A stretch of 64,000 nt of DNA from Gemmatimonadota bacterium (GCA_034521595.1 JAXHMG010000003.1:2784001-2848000), one strand, 5' to 3'. Positions 1-10,417 are shown, counted from the stretch's first letter. The notes: generated by a model not told the origin, from the sequence alone. Program-made: numbers and translations.

Positions 1-80
1 GCCGGTCGTTGCGGTCCGGACTTCCCGTACGGGCGCACGTGCCAACGTCGCTCGTGCTCGGGTCCGCACGCAACGAAGCT

Positions 81-1040
81 TCAAATCAGGAAGAAGAAGG
101 CTCCGACATAACCGACGAGGAGGAAGGCCCCCTCCCACCGGCGCAGACGCCAGCCGAGCCAGAGCAGCGGGAAGAGGACCACCGACATGACGGTCACGAC
201 CGCGAGCTCGTGGGTGAGGACCGTTCGCGCGATCGGAATGGGCGAGACCGTCGCGGTCACCCCCAGGATGCCCGCGAGATTGAAGATGTTCGATCCGATC
301 ACGTTTCCGACGGCGATATCCGCCTCTTTGCGGATGGCCGCGACGATCGCCGTAGCGAGCTCCGGGAGTGACGTCCCCACCGCCACCACCGTGAGTCCGA
401 TCACGACTTCGGAGATCCCGAGCGCCGTTCCCACGCCGACCGCGCCTTCGACGATCAAATAACCCCCGGCCACGAGTCCCAGCGAGCCCGCGAGCACGAA
501 CAACACGTCCTTGAGCCGCGGTGGCGCCGGCTCCGGCTCCTCCGCGACGAACTCCTCGTACTCCCCCAGGATCTCGGGCGCCTTGTCTCCCACGGAACGG
601 AAGGCGAAAAACAGGTACGCCCCGAGCACCCCGATTAGAACGATCCCGTCGACGCGGCTCACGCTCAGGTCCCAGAAGAGGGGGTACAGCAGAAGGGTGA
701 TGGCCAACATGATCGGCATCTCGCGCCAAACCACCCTGGAATGGACGTTCAACGGAGTGATGAGCGACGTCAGGCCCAGGATGAGCCCCATGTTGGCGAG
801 GTTCGACCCCAGAACGTTCCCGGTGGCGATGTCCGGTCGGCCTTCCAGGGCCGCGACCACGCAAACGACGAGCTCCGGCGCCGAGGTTCCGAGCGACACC
901 ACGGTGAGCCCCACCACGATAGAGCTGACACCGAAGGCCGCGGCCAGTCGCGCCGCCCCCCGCACCATCCACTCGGCGCCGAAGTAGAGCGCGCCGATTC
1001 CGACGACCAGGAGGACCACGTCCACCACGAGAGGGCTCAT
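81..1040 (-). CDS. Calcium/sodium antiporter (YrbG family)
   Basis: Hydrophobic 319 aa protein with two alpha repeats, GTSAPEL...GNVLGSN and GTSLPEL...GNVIGSN. Confidence 0.92.
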   Translation of the reverse strand: MSPLVVDVVLLVVGIGALYFGAEWMVRGAARLAAAFGVSSIVVGLTVVSLGTSAPELVVCVVAALEGRPDIATGNVLGSNLANMGLILGLTSLITPLNVHSRVVWREMPIMLAITLLLYPLFWDLSVSRVDGIVLIGVLGAYLFFAFRSVGDKAPEILGEYEEFVAEEPEPAPPRLKDVLFVLAGSLGLVAGGYLIVEGAVGVGTALGISEVVIGLTVVAVGTSLPELATAIVAAIRKEADIAVGNVIGSNIFNLAGILGVTATVSPIPIARTVLTHELAVVTVMSVVLFPLLWLGWRLRRWEGAFLLVGYVGAFFFLI

Positions 1041-1050
1041 CGGTCGCTCC

Positions 1051-2832
1051 TCACGTGTCGCGGCGGTGGAGCCAGGACTCGAATTCGTCGCGTGTCTTGG
1101 TGTTCAGGACGTCTCCCGGCTCCAGCCAGCCCCGTCGAGCCTGGTCGACCCCGTACCGCATGTCCGCGAGTCCCTCGGGTCCGTGGGCGTCCGTGCTGAT
1201 CACCACCGGGACACCCAATTCTTTCGCTCGGTGAACGTGCACGTCGCTCAGATCCAACCGGTTGGGGTTCGCGTTGAGCTCGACCGCCACGGATAGCTCG
1301 GCCGCCGCTTGAAGCACCGCTTCCACATCGACCGCGAACGGCTCGCGGCGGTTGATGATCCGGCCCGTGGGGTGTGCCAATATATCGACGGCGGGGTGTG
1401 CCATGGCCCGGAGCACCCGATCGGTCATCGTCGTGCGGTCCTGGTCCATCAGCGTGTGCACGGAGACGAGCACCAGATCCAGCCCGTCGAGAATCTCGTC
1501 GGGCAGGTCGAGCGAACCGTCCTTCAGGATGTCGATCTCGGCGCTCCGCAGGAGCAGGATCTCGGGGACGCGCTCCCGGACCTCCTCCACCTCCCGCCAC
1601 TGTGCACGCGCCCGGTCCGGCGTGAGCCCACCGACCATCGCCATGGCCTGGCTGTGGTCCGTCACGGCCATGTACCGGTAGCCCCTCCCGACGCAGGCCC
1701 GGGCCATGTCCTCGAGGGAAGCCCGTCCGTCGCTCCACGTGGAGTGCATCTGGAGGTCGCCGCGGACGTCCTCGAGCGTCACGAGCCCGGGAAGCGCGCC
1801 GTCCACTCCGGCCTCGATCTCCCCACGGTTCTCCCGGAGCTCGGGCGGGATCCAGGGCAAGCCGACCGACGCGTAGACGTCCTCCTCGCTCGTTCCCGCG
1901 ACACGCTCGCCGAACGCGTGCTCGTCCTCCGCCTCCTCGTCCGTCCCGTCGTCCGCATCCTCCGCGGCCTGGAAGACGCCCCATTCGTTGACCCGCAGCC
2001 CCGCACGGACGGCGCGTGTGCGAAGCGCGACGTTGTGCTCCTTGGAGCCGGTGAAGTACACGAGCGCCGCACCGAATCCATTCTCGGGGATGACGCGGAG
2101 GTCCACCTGCAGACCCGAGCGCAGGACGATGCTCCCCTTGGTGGACCCGGAACCGAGCACCCGGACGGTTCCGGCGTAGGAGACGAAGTGCTCCACGATC
2201 TCCCGGCCATCGCCCTCGCACGACACGAGGAGATCGACGTCACCGATGGTTTCCTTGCGTCGGCGCAGCGAGCCGGCCACCTCCAAGCCGCGGATCCCCG
2301 GAGCGGCTCCCATGTGTTCGAGCATCCCTTCGATGAGGCGCTCGGCTTCGTCGATCCGGAAGCGTCCCGTGTGCTTCCGGTAGTCCTCCACGGCGCGCCG
2401 CAGGTTATCCACGCTCTTCGGCCCGAAGCCTTCCAGGCCCGCCAGCGTTCCCCCGGCGAGCGCCTCGTCCAGGTCGTCCACCGTGCGCACCCCCAGCTCC
2501 TCGAAGAGCTTGCGCACCTTCTTGGGTCCGAGTCCCTCGAGGCGTACGAGCTCGGCGAGGGATCGCGGGTACTCGGCCGCGACCTCCTCGAGCCGGCCGA
2601 TGGTGCCGGTCTCCAGGAGCTCGACGATGTGCGCCGCCACGTTGGCACCGATGTCGGGCAGCTCGGCGAGGTCCTCGCCCTCCGAGACCATCTCCGCCAG
2701 GGACCGCCCGGAGCTCCGAACCGTGTTCACCGCGTTGCGGTACGCCCGGATCCGGAACGGATTGGCGCCCTGGATCTCGAGGAGGTCGGCGAGCGTGTCG
2801 AGCTCACGGGCGATATCGAGGTTCTCCATCAT
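1051..2832 (-). CDS. polX: DNA polymerase X / PHP-domain 3'-5' exonuclease
   Basis: ANPFRIRAY N-terminus, GSLRR, GDVDLL, YFTGSKEHN, IPPELRE; PHP motifs MHSTWSDG, TDHS, AHPTGR, STDAH. Confidence 0.95.
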   Translation of the reverse strand: MMENLDIARELDTLADLLEIQGANPFRIRAYRNAVNTVRSSGRSLAEMVSEGEDLAELPDIGANVAAHIVELLETGTIGRLEEVAAEYPRSLAELVRLEGLGPKKVRKLFEELGVRTVDDLDEALAGGTLAGLEGFGPKSVDNLRRAVEDYRKHTGRFRIDEAERLIEGMLEHMGAAPGIRGLEVAGSLRRRKETIGDVDLLVSCEGDGREIVEHFVSYAGTVRVLGSGSTKGSIVLRSGLQVDLRVIPENGFGAALVYFTGSKEHNVALRTRAVRAGLRVNEWGVFQAAEDADDGTDEEAEDEHAFGERVAGTSEEDVYASVGLPWIPPELRENRGEIEAGVDGALPGLVTLEDVRGDLQMHSTWSDGRASLEDMARACVGRGYRYMAVTDHSQAMAMVGGLTPDRARAQWREVEEVRERVPEILLLRSAEIDILKDGSLDLPDEILDGLDLVLVSVHTLMDQDRTTMTDRVLRAMAHPAVDILAHPTGRIINRREPFAVDVEAVLQAAAELSVAVELNANPNRLDLSDVHVHRAKELGVPVVISTDAHGPEGLADMRYGVDQARRGWLEPGDVLNTKTRDEFESWLHRRDT

Positions 2833-4844
2833 CGGATGCGACCCCCCAGCGCTTCGAGCTTCTCGAGAAAGGCTTCGTAGTCGAGCACGGTCACTCCGAG
2901 CTCCTCGGCCTTCTCGAGCTTCGAGCCCGCGTTCTCTCCGGCCACGACGAAGTCGGTGTTGCCCGAGACGGACCCCGCCACCCGCCCCCCGACGTCGCGC
3001 CAGGCGTCCTCCGCCGTCGAGCGGGCCACGGGCAGGGAACCGGTGAACACGGCCGTGCCCCGGTCCTCGGACCGCGCTTCGGTGACCGCGGGCGCCACCG
3101 GTTCGATGCCGCGCGAGAGCAGCTGATCGATGGCCGTCGCATTACGCTCGTCCTCGAAGAAGCTCGCGATCGCCTCGCTCATCTTCGGGCCGATGCCCGG
3201 CACCTCGGCGAGCTCGTCGCGCGACGCCGTACGGATGGCGTCGAAGTCACGAAAGTCGAGGGCCAGCGCCCGCGCGACCGTCACGCCGACCTCCGGAATG
3301 CCGAGCGCGACGAGGAAGCGGTCGAGGTCGGGCTTCCGCTTCGACCGGATCGCGTCCACGAGCGCGGCCGCCGACTTCTCGGCGAAGCCATCCAGCGTGC
3401 TCAGGGGCTCGGCGTCGAGGTCGAAGAGCTCGTGCAGCCCACGAACCCAACCCAGATCCACGAGGAGGTTCGCCGTCTCGACCCCGAGCCCCTCGATGTC
3501 GAGCGCCGAGCGCGACCCGAAGTGGACGATCCGGGCCTTGAGCTGCGCCGGACACCCGAAGCGGTTCGGACATCGCGTGCGCGGACCGTCCCGCTCCACG
3601 GGCGTGCCGCACACCGGACAGGTATCCGGCATCTCGAACGGAGGAGACCGGTCGTCCCGGTGCTCGATGACCTCGACCACCTGAGGGATCACGTCGCCGG
3701 CCCGCTGCACGCGCACGGTATCCCCTTCCCGCAGGTCCCTCCGCCGGAGCTCCTCGCGGTTGTGCAGCGAGGCGCGGGACACGGTCACCCCCCCGACGAC
3801 CACGGGGCGCAGGAAGGCCACGGGCGTCAGCACGCCGGTGCGGCCCACCTGAACGTCGATCTTGTCGAGACGGGTCACCTCCTGACGGGGCTCGAACTTG
3901 TACGCGAGCGCCCAGCGAGGGTGGTGCGAGGTCGAGCCCATGGCCCGCCGGGCCTCGAAGTCGTCGAGCTTGATCACCACCCCGTCGATCTCGTAGTCGA
4001 GCTCGTCCCGGGCCTCGGCGAACCGCCCATGGTAGGCGAGCACCTCCTCGACGCTCGTCACGACCTCGACCCGGTCCGGCAGCTTGAATCCCCAGTCACG
4101 GATCGCGGCCATGCTCTCCGTATCCGAGGCGAAGGGCGGGTCGGCGACGAGCACGTCGTAGACCAACACGTCGAGACGTCGCCGGGCGGTGACGGCGGGA
4201 TCGAGCTGACGGATGGCCCCGGCCGCGGAGTTGCGCGGTGAGGCATAGGGCTCGTGTCCCTCGTCGACCAAGCGCGCGTTGAAGTCCTGGAAGTCGGAGA
4301 TGTACATCAGCACCTCCCCCCGGAGGGCGACGAAGCGGGCCGGAGCCCTGTGGTCGTCCCGGAGCCGGAGCGGGACCGACCGGATCGTGCGGATGTTCTC
4401 GGTGACCTTCTCGCCCAGGTGCCCGTCCCCCCGCGTGACGGCTCGCACGAGCGCCCCCTCCTCGTACACCAACTCGATGGAGGCACCGTCGAGCTTCGGC
4501 TCGAGCACGTAGGACGGATCCACGCCATCGCCGAGCGCTTTGCGGACACGGGCGTCGAAGCGGCGGACCTGGTCCGGATCCTCGGTCGAGTCCAGGGAGA
4601 GCATGGGCTCGACGTGGCGCACGGTCTCGAACCCCTCCTGCGGTGGCGCGCCCACCCGCTGGGTGGGGGAGTCCGCGGTACGCAGCTCGGGATACCGCTC
4701 CTCGAGGGCGAGGAGGCGCGAGAACATGCGATCGTACTCGGCGTCGGAGACGGCGGGCCGCGCCTCCACGTAGTAAAGATGCGCATGCCGCTCGATCTCG
4801 GCGCGCAGCCGCTCGGCCTCCCGAACCACTTCGTCAGGGGGCAT
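2829..4844 (-). CDS. ligA: NAD-dependent DNA ligase
   Basis: DAEYD, EPKLDG adenylation motif, RGEV, SPRNSAAG, DGVVIK, VGRTG, RAGDVIP, zinc finger, HhH repeats and BRCT-like tail. Confidence 0.96.
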   Translation of the reverse strand: MPPDEVVREAERLRAEIERHAHLYYVEARPAVSDAEYDRMFSRLLALEERYPELRTADSPTQRVGAPPQEGFETVRHVEPMLSLDSTEDPDQVRRFDARVRKALGDGVDPSYVLEPKLDGASIELVYEEGALVRAVTRGDGHLGEKVTENIRTIRSVPLRLRDDHRAPARFVALRGEVLMYISDFQDFNARLVDEGHEPYASPRNSAAGAIRQLDPAVTARRRLDVLVYDVLVADPPFASDTESMAAIRDWGFKLPDRVEVVTSVEEVLAYHGRFAEARDELDYEIDGVVIKLDDFEARRAMGSTSHHPRWALAYKFEPRQEVTRLDKIDVQVGRTGVLTPVAFLRPVVVGGVTVSRASLHNREELRRRDLREGDTVRVQRAGDVIPQVVEVIEHRDDRSPPFEMPDTCPVCGTPVERDGPRTRCPNRFGCPAQLKARIVHFGSRSALDIEGLGVETANLLVDLGWVRGLHELFDLDAEPLSTLDGFAEKSAAALVDAIRSKRKPDLDRFLVALGIPEVGVTVARALALDFRDFDAIRTASRDELAEVPGIGPKMSEAIASFFEDERNATAIDQLLSRGIEPVAPAVTEARSEDRGTAVFTGSLPVARSTAEDAWRDVGGRVAGSVSGNTDFVVAGENAGSKLEKAEELGVTVLDYEAFLEKLEALGGRIR

Positions 4845-5015
4845 CTCGGGCGCATCGGGGCCGTCGCTCCGCTGATTCGAGGTCAGAGGTCCAAGGACTC
4901 CGTCGCGGGGGGGTGGTGTCGCGGATCCAGCGATGGCAAATATGGCGACGGATCCCCTTTACGGACTACGGGGCTCCACGCCCTTCGATTTCCGCCCCCC
5001 GTACCGGAGCGCTCC

Positions 5016-6197
5016 GTGAACGTTCCCAGCCTCCGAGCCGACACCCCGGGCTGCGCCCACCGCGTGCACCTCAACAATGCGGGGGCGGCGCTGATGCCCA
5101 CACCGGTGCTCGACGCCGTGCACGAGCACCTCGACCTCGAAGCGCGCATCGGCGGATACGAGGCCGAAGCGGAGCGGCAGGAGGCGATCGCCGAAGCGTA
5201 CGCGGCGGTGGGCGCGCTCCTCGGTGCACCGGCGCACAACATCGCGTTCACCGAGCACGCGACTGCCTCCTTCGTCGCCGCCCTCTCCGCGATCCCCTTC
5301 CGGCCGGGCGACGTGATCGCAACCACTCGACACGACTACACGTCGAACCAGATCCAATACCTCTCACTCGCTCGTCGGTTCGGAGTCGAGATCGTGCGCG
5401 TGCCGGACGCTCCCGGAGGCGGCGTGGACCTGGCGGCGATGGAAGAGGTCATCCACCGCCGTCGCCCCAAGCTCGTCGCGGTCACGCACGTCCCCACCAA
5501 CTCTGGCCTGGTCCAGGACGTGGCCGGGATCGGGCGGCTGTGCCGCGCGCGGGACGTCCCCTACCTGGTGGACGGATGCCAGTCCGTGGGCCAGATGCCC
5601 ACCGACGTCGAGGAGATCGGATGTGATTTCTTCTCCGCAACGGCCCGAAAATACCTGCGAGGCCCGAGGGGCGGGGGCTTTCTCTACGTGTCGGATCGCG
5701 CGCTCGACAGGGGGATGGAGCCCCTGTTCCCGGATCTCCGCGGCGCGGACCTCGTCTCCGAAGATCTCTACCAACCGGCGCCGGACGCGCGGCGGTTCGA
5801 AACATGGGAGTTCTCGTGGGCCCTCGTGCTGGGAACGGGGGCGGCCGCGCGGTACGCTCGGGAGGTCGGCCTGGAGCCCATCCGTGACCGTGTGCGGCAA
5901 CTCGCCGGACGGCTCCGCAGCTCGCTCGCATCCATGGTCGGCGTGGACGTCCTGGACAGGGGCTCCGAGCTCGGCGCGATCGTGACCGCCCACGTCTCAG
6001 GTCAAGATCCTGCCGCGCTGGTGCGATCGCTCAGGACCCGGGGGATCAACACGTCGTCCCAGACGCGCCTGGACGCACCCATGGATTTCGAGGCCAAGGC
6101 GGTGGATGGCGCGCTCCGGATCTCACCGCACTACTACAACCACGACGAAGATCTCGAAGCCTTCACCGAGGCGCTGGCGGACATCGTGGAAAGCTGA
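5016..6197 (+). CDS. PLP-dependent class V aminotransferase / cysteine desulfurase-like protein
   Basis: HLNNAGAA, VDGCQSVGQ, ATARKYLRGPRG, RISPHYYN. GTG start at 5016 chosen within the longer ORF. Confidence 0.85.
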   Translation: MNVPSLRADTPGCAHRVHLNNAGAALMPTPVLDAVHEHLDLEARIGGYEAEAERQEAIAEAYAAVGALLGAPAHNIAFTEHATASFVAALSAIPFRPGDVIATTRHDYTSNQIQYLSLARRFGVEIVRVPDAPGGGVDLAAMEEVIHRRRPKLVAVTHVPTNSGLVQDVAGIGRLCRARDVPYLVDGCQSVGQMPTDVEEIGCDFFSATARKYLRGPRGGGFLYVSDRALDRGMEPLFPDLRGADLVSEDLYQPAPDARRFETWEFSWALVLGTGAAARYAREVGLEPIRDRVRQLAGRLRSSLASMVGVDVLDRGSELGAIVTAHVSGQDPAALVRSLRTRGINTSSQTRLDAPMDFEAKAVDGALRISPHYYNHDEDLEAFTEALADIVES

Positions 6198-6298
6198 GGG
6201 GGCGCGCCGGCGGCCCCCGCCTCATCCTTGCCGACCGCGTCAGGCGACCGGCATGTTGCGACATTCTGCCTCTGACGCGGCTCGATGCCGAGGTCTCC

Positions 6299-7117
6299 GT
6301 GACGCGACTGGCCCTCTACCAGCCGGACGCCCGCTCCGGCGCGCGCCTGTCATCCGCTCTGGGGAACGAGCACCGCCTCGCCGTCTGCGAGTCGTGGGCC
6401 GAGCTGGAACGGACGCTGGCGTCCGGCACGGTGGAGGGGTGCGTGCTCGACGCCGACCATCCCGCGCCCCGGGAATCCCTGGACCGCATCAAGAGCCTGC
6501 GACGGGCCCATCCCGAGCTCGCGCTCATCGGCTTCACGGACCGTGACGGGCCTCTCGACTACTACGCGTTGGGCGCCTCGGGCCTGGACGGCTTCGTCTC
6601 CGGGGGGGACGGCGCCATGACCACGCGCAACGCGGTCGAGGCCGCTCTGGCGGTCCACCGCGGTCGGGCGACCGAGCGCGCGCTGGAGCCGCATCTTCCC
6701 GCACCCGCCCCGGAGGTGGTGGGTTGGGGGGTGATCCACGCGGGCTCTGCGGCGACGACGGAAGACCTCGCCGCGGCGCTGGGGACCTCGTTGCGAGCGC
6801 TCAGGGAACGCCTGCGCGAGCGCAACCTGCCACCCCCCGCGACACTCCTCGTCTGGGGCCGGCTGGTCGCCGCCGCCGCAAGACTTCACAGGGACGGAGG
6901 AACCGTCGAGGACGCGGCCTTCGCCCTCGGCTACGCCGCGGCTCCTTCGCTCGCCCGAGCCATCCGGAACCGAACCGGAGCCACCCCGGGGGAGCTGGCC
7001 GAAGTCGGCCCGGACCTCGTCCTCCGCGGGCTGGTTGGCGAGGTTACCGGCATCCCAGTCCAGGTTCGTCTCCACCCCGGTGGCGACAACGCGCGCACCT
7101 CCGAGGACCGTTCATGA
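6299..7117 (+). CDS. AraC-type HTH regulator with receiver-like N-terminus
   Basis: N-terminal alpha/beta region (CVLDAD, ALIGFT) and C-terminal TVEDAAFALGYAAAPSLARAIRNRTGATP. Confidence 0.75.
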   Translation: MTRLALYQPDARSGARLSSALGNEHRLAVCESWAELERTLASGTVEGCVLDADHPAPRESLDRIKSLRRAHPELALIGFTDRDGPLDYYALGASGLDGFVSGGDGAMTTRNAVEAALAVHRGRATERALEPHLPAPAPEVVGWGVIHAGSAATTEDLAAALGTSLRALRERLRERNLPPPATLLVWGRLVAAAARLHRDGGTVEDAAFALGYAAAPSLARAIRNRTGATPGELAEVGPDLVLRGLVGEVTGIPVQVRLHPGGDNARTSEDRS

Positions 7118-9759
7118 GCGACTACGACCTACCCGACCTTCCGTCCGACAAGGACCTCGGCATCACGGAGGAAGACCTCCGCTCCCTGGAAGAGACCGGC
7201 GAGGCCCCACGCGACGGTGGATCCCGGGAATCGCCGGCCGACGGTGGCGCCGGCGGAAGCCCTCCGACGCGGAGCCATGCGGACGAGCACGAGCCCAGGC
7301 GTTGGCGGGGTCCGCTGACGCTCGCTCTACTCCTTGCTCTCTCCTGGACGGCCAGCATCCGCTCCGGGCTGCCCGAGCCCGTGCCGGCCGACGCTCCCGA
7401 CACCGCCTTCTCGGCGGCACGCGCCATGGCGGTGGTCTCCGACATCGCACGGGCGCCTCGTCCTCCGGGATCGCCCGAGCACGCGCGGGTCCGTGAGAAC
7501 CTCGTCTCCAGGCTGACGGCGCTGGGCCTCGAGCCGAGCGTCCAGACCACGACCGCCGCGCTGGAGGGGGACGGCTTCGCCCGGACCGCGACCGTTCGAA
7601 ACGTCGTCGCCCGCGTACCGGGAACCGACCCGACCGGAGCGCTGCTCCTCACGGCCCACTACGACGGAACCGAGCTCTCACCGGCGGCGGCGGACAACGC
7701 CTCGGGAGTCGCCACCGTGCTCGAAGCGGTGCGCGCGATCCAGGCCGGCGATCCGCTCCGCAACGACGTGATCGTGCTCTTCACCGACGCCGAGGAGGTC
7801 GGCCTTCTCGGCGCCGAAGCGTTCGTCCGCGACCACCCGTGGCTCGAGGACGTGGAAGTGGTGGTGTCGTTCGAGATGCGCGGCTCGGCCGGCCCGTCGA
7901 TCCTCTTCGAGACCGGGAGCGAGAACGGCACCGTCGTCCGGGCTCTCCGGGACGCCACACCCGACGCCTTCGGCACTTCCCTGGGAGAGGCGTTCTACCC
8001 GTACATGCCGAATGCCACCGACTTCACCGTCTTCGAGCGGGCGGGCAAGCAGGGGCTCAACTTCGCGGCCGTCGACAACGCGTCGGTCTATCACACGCCG
8101 AGAGACCTCCCTTCCGAGCTTTCGAATCGGACCCTGCAACACCACGGGCTGCACGCGATGGCCGCGCTGCGCGGGCTCGGCAACGACGACCTGAGCGACG
8201 TGCGTGGGCCCGATGCAGTGTACTTTTCGGTCCCGGGGATCGGCCTGGTGACGTACGGCAGCCGCTGGGTGATCCCGTTGAGCGGCCTGTTGGTCCTCGG
8301 CGCCCTCGGAGCGTTCGTGCTGGCCCTGCGCCGAGGGGCCCGAACCACGGCGGTGCTGGCCGGATTCGGTCTGTCGATCGTCGCGCTCTCCCTCGGCTAC
8401 GGTGCCGGCCTGGTGCTCGTCGACTGGGCTCGCGGCGCGCACGCCGAGGCGGGACGGCTGCCGGCGGCCCTCTTCTACGGCGAAGGTTGGTACGTGCTGG
8501 CCATCGCCGCTGCCGCGCTCGTCGTGGTGAGCACGCTGTTGTCGGTGGTGCGCAGCCGCATGTCCCTGCCGGAGCTCACGCTGGGAGTGGTAATCCTCCC
8601 CCTGGCGGCGGCCATCGGGCTCTCGATCGTCTTTCCCGAGGCCGCCGCGCCCCTGCAGTGGGCGACCCTGTCCACCCTCCTTTCGGCCGCGCTGCTCGTT
8701 CTGCTGGGGTCCCGCGGCAGCAGCCACACGGGATGGCTCGCCGCGCTCCTGCTCGCCGTGCCCGCCTTCGTCTTTCTGGTGCCGGCCGCCGAGCTCCTCT
8801 GGCTGGCGGGCACGTTGCGTCTGGCCGGAGCGCTGGGCGCGTTCATCGTGTTGAGCCTCCTCCTCGCGCTGCCGGCGATCGACCACCTTCGGGAGCCGAA
8901 CGGATGGTGGGTGCCGGCCCTGGCGCTCCTCGCCGCGGTCGGCGCCGTCGGCATGGCGCGCCTCGGAAGCGACGTGAGCCCCCTCACCCCCGTGCCCTCG
9001 ACCCTGGTGTACCAGTACGAGCACGGGAGCGAGAACGGCTTCTGGATCACGGATTCCGCCACGGTCGAGGCCGGAGGCCCCACCTCTCAGGCCTCGGAGT
9101 GGCTCGCCGCACGGGCGGGAACCGGCTTCACCCAACGAATGGACTTCACGGAAGTGGGCTACCGGCCCGGAAGGGCCCCCGTCGCCGAGGCGCCCGCCGC
9201 CTCGGTCCTCGAACCGGTGCTGACGATTCGAAACGACACCACGGAGGGGATCGTGCGGCGGGTCACCCTCGACATCCGTTCCCGCATCGGGGCCGAGCGC
9301 CTGTACTTCGCCCGTTCGGTCGGCGCCGAGAGCACGCGGATCACGTCGGTGAACGGGCGAGCGCTCGCGAACCCCTACGACCTCACCTGGGTCGACCACT
9401 GGGGCGTTCCGGACTCGGTGGTGGTGCTCGGCCTGGAGATGCCGGCCGGCTCGGAGATCGATCTCGTGGTCTCCGAGCACCACCTCCGGCCGGCCGAGAT
9501 CCTGGGACCCGGGACGTTCCAGCGCCCGCCGGGCCTCGAGGCGAACGTCCTCCGCATGAGCGACCGGGCGATTCTCACCACCCGCCTGCAGCCGGAGACG
9601 GTCCCGTCCGAGGCGCCGCCACCGGCGGACACCTTGCCGAGCCTGGATACCCTGCCGGCCCTCGACACCCTGCCAACCCTCGACCCGCTCCCCGGCGACA
9701 CGGCCACGACCGGCGCGAGCCCGGCGGCCGAGACGCGAACCCGGGACGGAGGCGCTTGA
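7114..9759 (+). CDS. Membrane-bound M28 family metallopeptidase
   Basis: AHYDG, AADNASG, DAEEVGLLG, TDFTVF and YHT motifs followed by several TM helices. ATG at 7114 overlaps the upstream stop. Confidence 0.9.
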   Translation: MSDYDLPDLPSDKDLGITEEDLRSLEETGEAPRDGGSRESPADGGAGGSPPTRSHADEHEPRRWRGPLTLALLLALSWTASIRSGLPEPVPADAPDTAFSAARAMAVVSDIARAPRPPGSPEHARVRENLVSRLTALGLEPSVQTTTAALEGDGFARTATVRNVVARVPGTDPTGALLLTAHYDGTELSPAAADNASGVATVLEAVRAIQAGDPLRNDVIVLFTDAEEVGLLGAEAFVRDHPWLEDVEVVVSFEMRGSAGPSILFETGSENGTVVRALRDATPDAFGTSLGEAFYPYMPNATDFTVFERAGKQGLNFAAVDNASVYHTPRDLPSELSNRTLQHHGLHAMAALRGLGNDDLSDVRGPDAVYFSVPGIGLVTYGSRWVIPLSGLLVLGALGAFVLALRRGARTTAVLAGFGLSIVALSLGYGAGLVLVDWARGAHAEAGRLPAALFYGEGWYVLAIAAAALVVVSTLLSVVRSRMSLPELTLGVVILPLAAAIGLSIVFPEAAAPLQWATLSTLLSAALLVLLGSRGSSHTGWLAALLLAVPAFVFLVPAAELLWLAGTLRLAGALGAFIVLSLLLALPAIDHLREPNGWWVPALALLAAVGAVGMARLGSDVSPLTPVPSTLVYQYEHGSENGFWITDSATVEAGGPTSQASEWLAARAGTGFTQRMDFTEVGYRPGRAPVAEAPAASVLEPVLTIRNDTTEGIVRRVTLDIRSRIGAERLYFARSVGAESTRITSVNGRALANPYDLTWVDHWGVPDSVVVLGLEMPAGSEIDLVVSEHHLRPAEILGPGTFQRPPGLEANVLRMSDRAILTTRLQPETVPSEAPPPADTLPSLDTLPALDTLPTLDPLPGDTATTGASPAAETRTRDGGA
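9628..9701 (+). repeat. 18-bp coding tandem repeat (about 4 copies, DTLPxL)
   Basis: Encodes DTLPSL DTLPAL DTLPTL DPLPG at the peptidase C-terminus. Confidence 0.7.
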
Positions 9760-9784
9760 GTATTTCTTGAGTACGATATGAGTA
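9757..9784. promoter_or_regulatory. Triple TGAGTA direct repeat with 11-bp period (copy 1)
   Basis: TGAGTA at 9757, 9768 and 9779, between convergent genes. Function unknown. Confidence 0.5.
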
Positions 9785-9814
9785 TACCAGCCCGGGCCAC
9801 ACCGGAATCCCGAC

Positions 9815-10399
9815 CTACGGCGTGTACCCGCGCAGCCGGTTGTAGCGCTCCACCTGGCCCTCGTCGAGAATCTCCGCCGTCTCGAGATGCGCATTCAGGT
9901 GCACCGCGCGAAGGCGTCCCCGCGCCTCCCCGATCTCCACGCTCAGTCGTTCGACGTCGTCCGGCGTGACGTGACCGTGGGCGAACCGGCGATCGAGCTC
10001 GGTTTCCAGCGAAAGCACCTCGGCGCCGATCGCTCGCGCTTCCTCGGCCATGCGTTCTTCGATCTCGCCGATCGCACGGCGCTGAGGGTCGGTCAGCGAA
10101 AGCTCCTCCGCGAGCTCGAGGGCGTGCTTCGGTCCCGGGACGCCGTTGAGCTCCGCGGAAAGCGCGAACCCCATGCCTTCACCGCGCTCGAGGCCCCGCG
10201 CCTCCTCCTCGGAAAGCGCCTTGACGGCCCGATCTTCCAGCTCTGCATACGCAGACGCCGCGGAGTCGTGCTCCGCATGGCCCGAATGGGGATCCTGGGC
10301 CCGAGCCCCGGCCGCGAAGACGGACCCGAGGATGAGTCCCGTCGCAACGAGCCCCAGCGCCCGGACGCTCGGGCTCCGGATCGAACGCAGCGTTGTCAT
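9815..10399 (-). CDS. Periplasmic Spy/CpxP-like or heavy-metal-binding protein
   Basis: Signal peptide, His-rich N-terminus, GMGFALSAELNGVPGPKHALEL, LSLTDPQ and helical LTxxQ-type ends. Confidence 0.7.
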   Translation of the reverse strand: MTTLRSIRSPSVRALGLVATGLILGSVFAAGARAQDPHSGHAEHDSAASAYAELEDRAVKALSEEEARGLERGEGMGFALSAELNGVPGPKHALELAEELSLTDPQRRAIGEIEERMAEEARAIGAEVLSLETELDRRFAHGHVTPDDVERLSVEIGEARGRLRAVHLNAHLETAEILDEGQVERYNRLRGYTP

Positions 10400-10417
10400 A
10401 TCGTCGCTTCTCTCTCG

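Noticed and set aside
4254-5015. N-terminal extension of the aminotransferase ORF
   Set aside because: It overlaps ligA on the opposite strand; family similarity starts near 5016.
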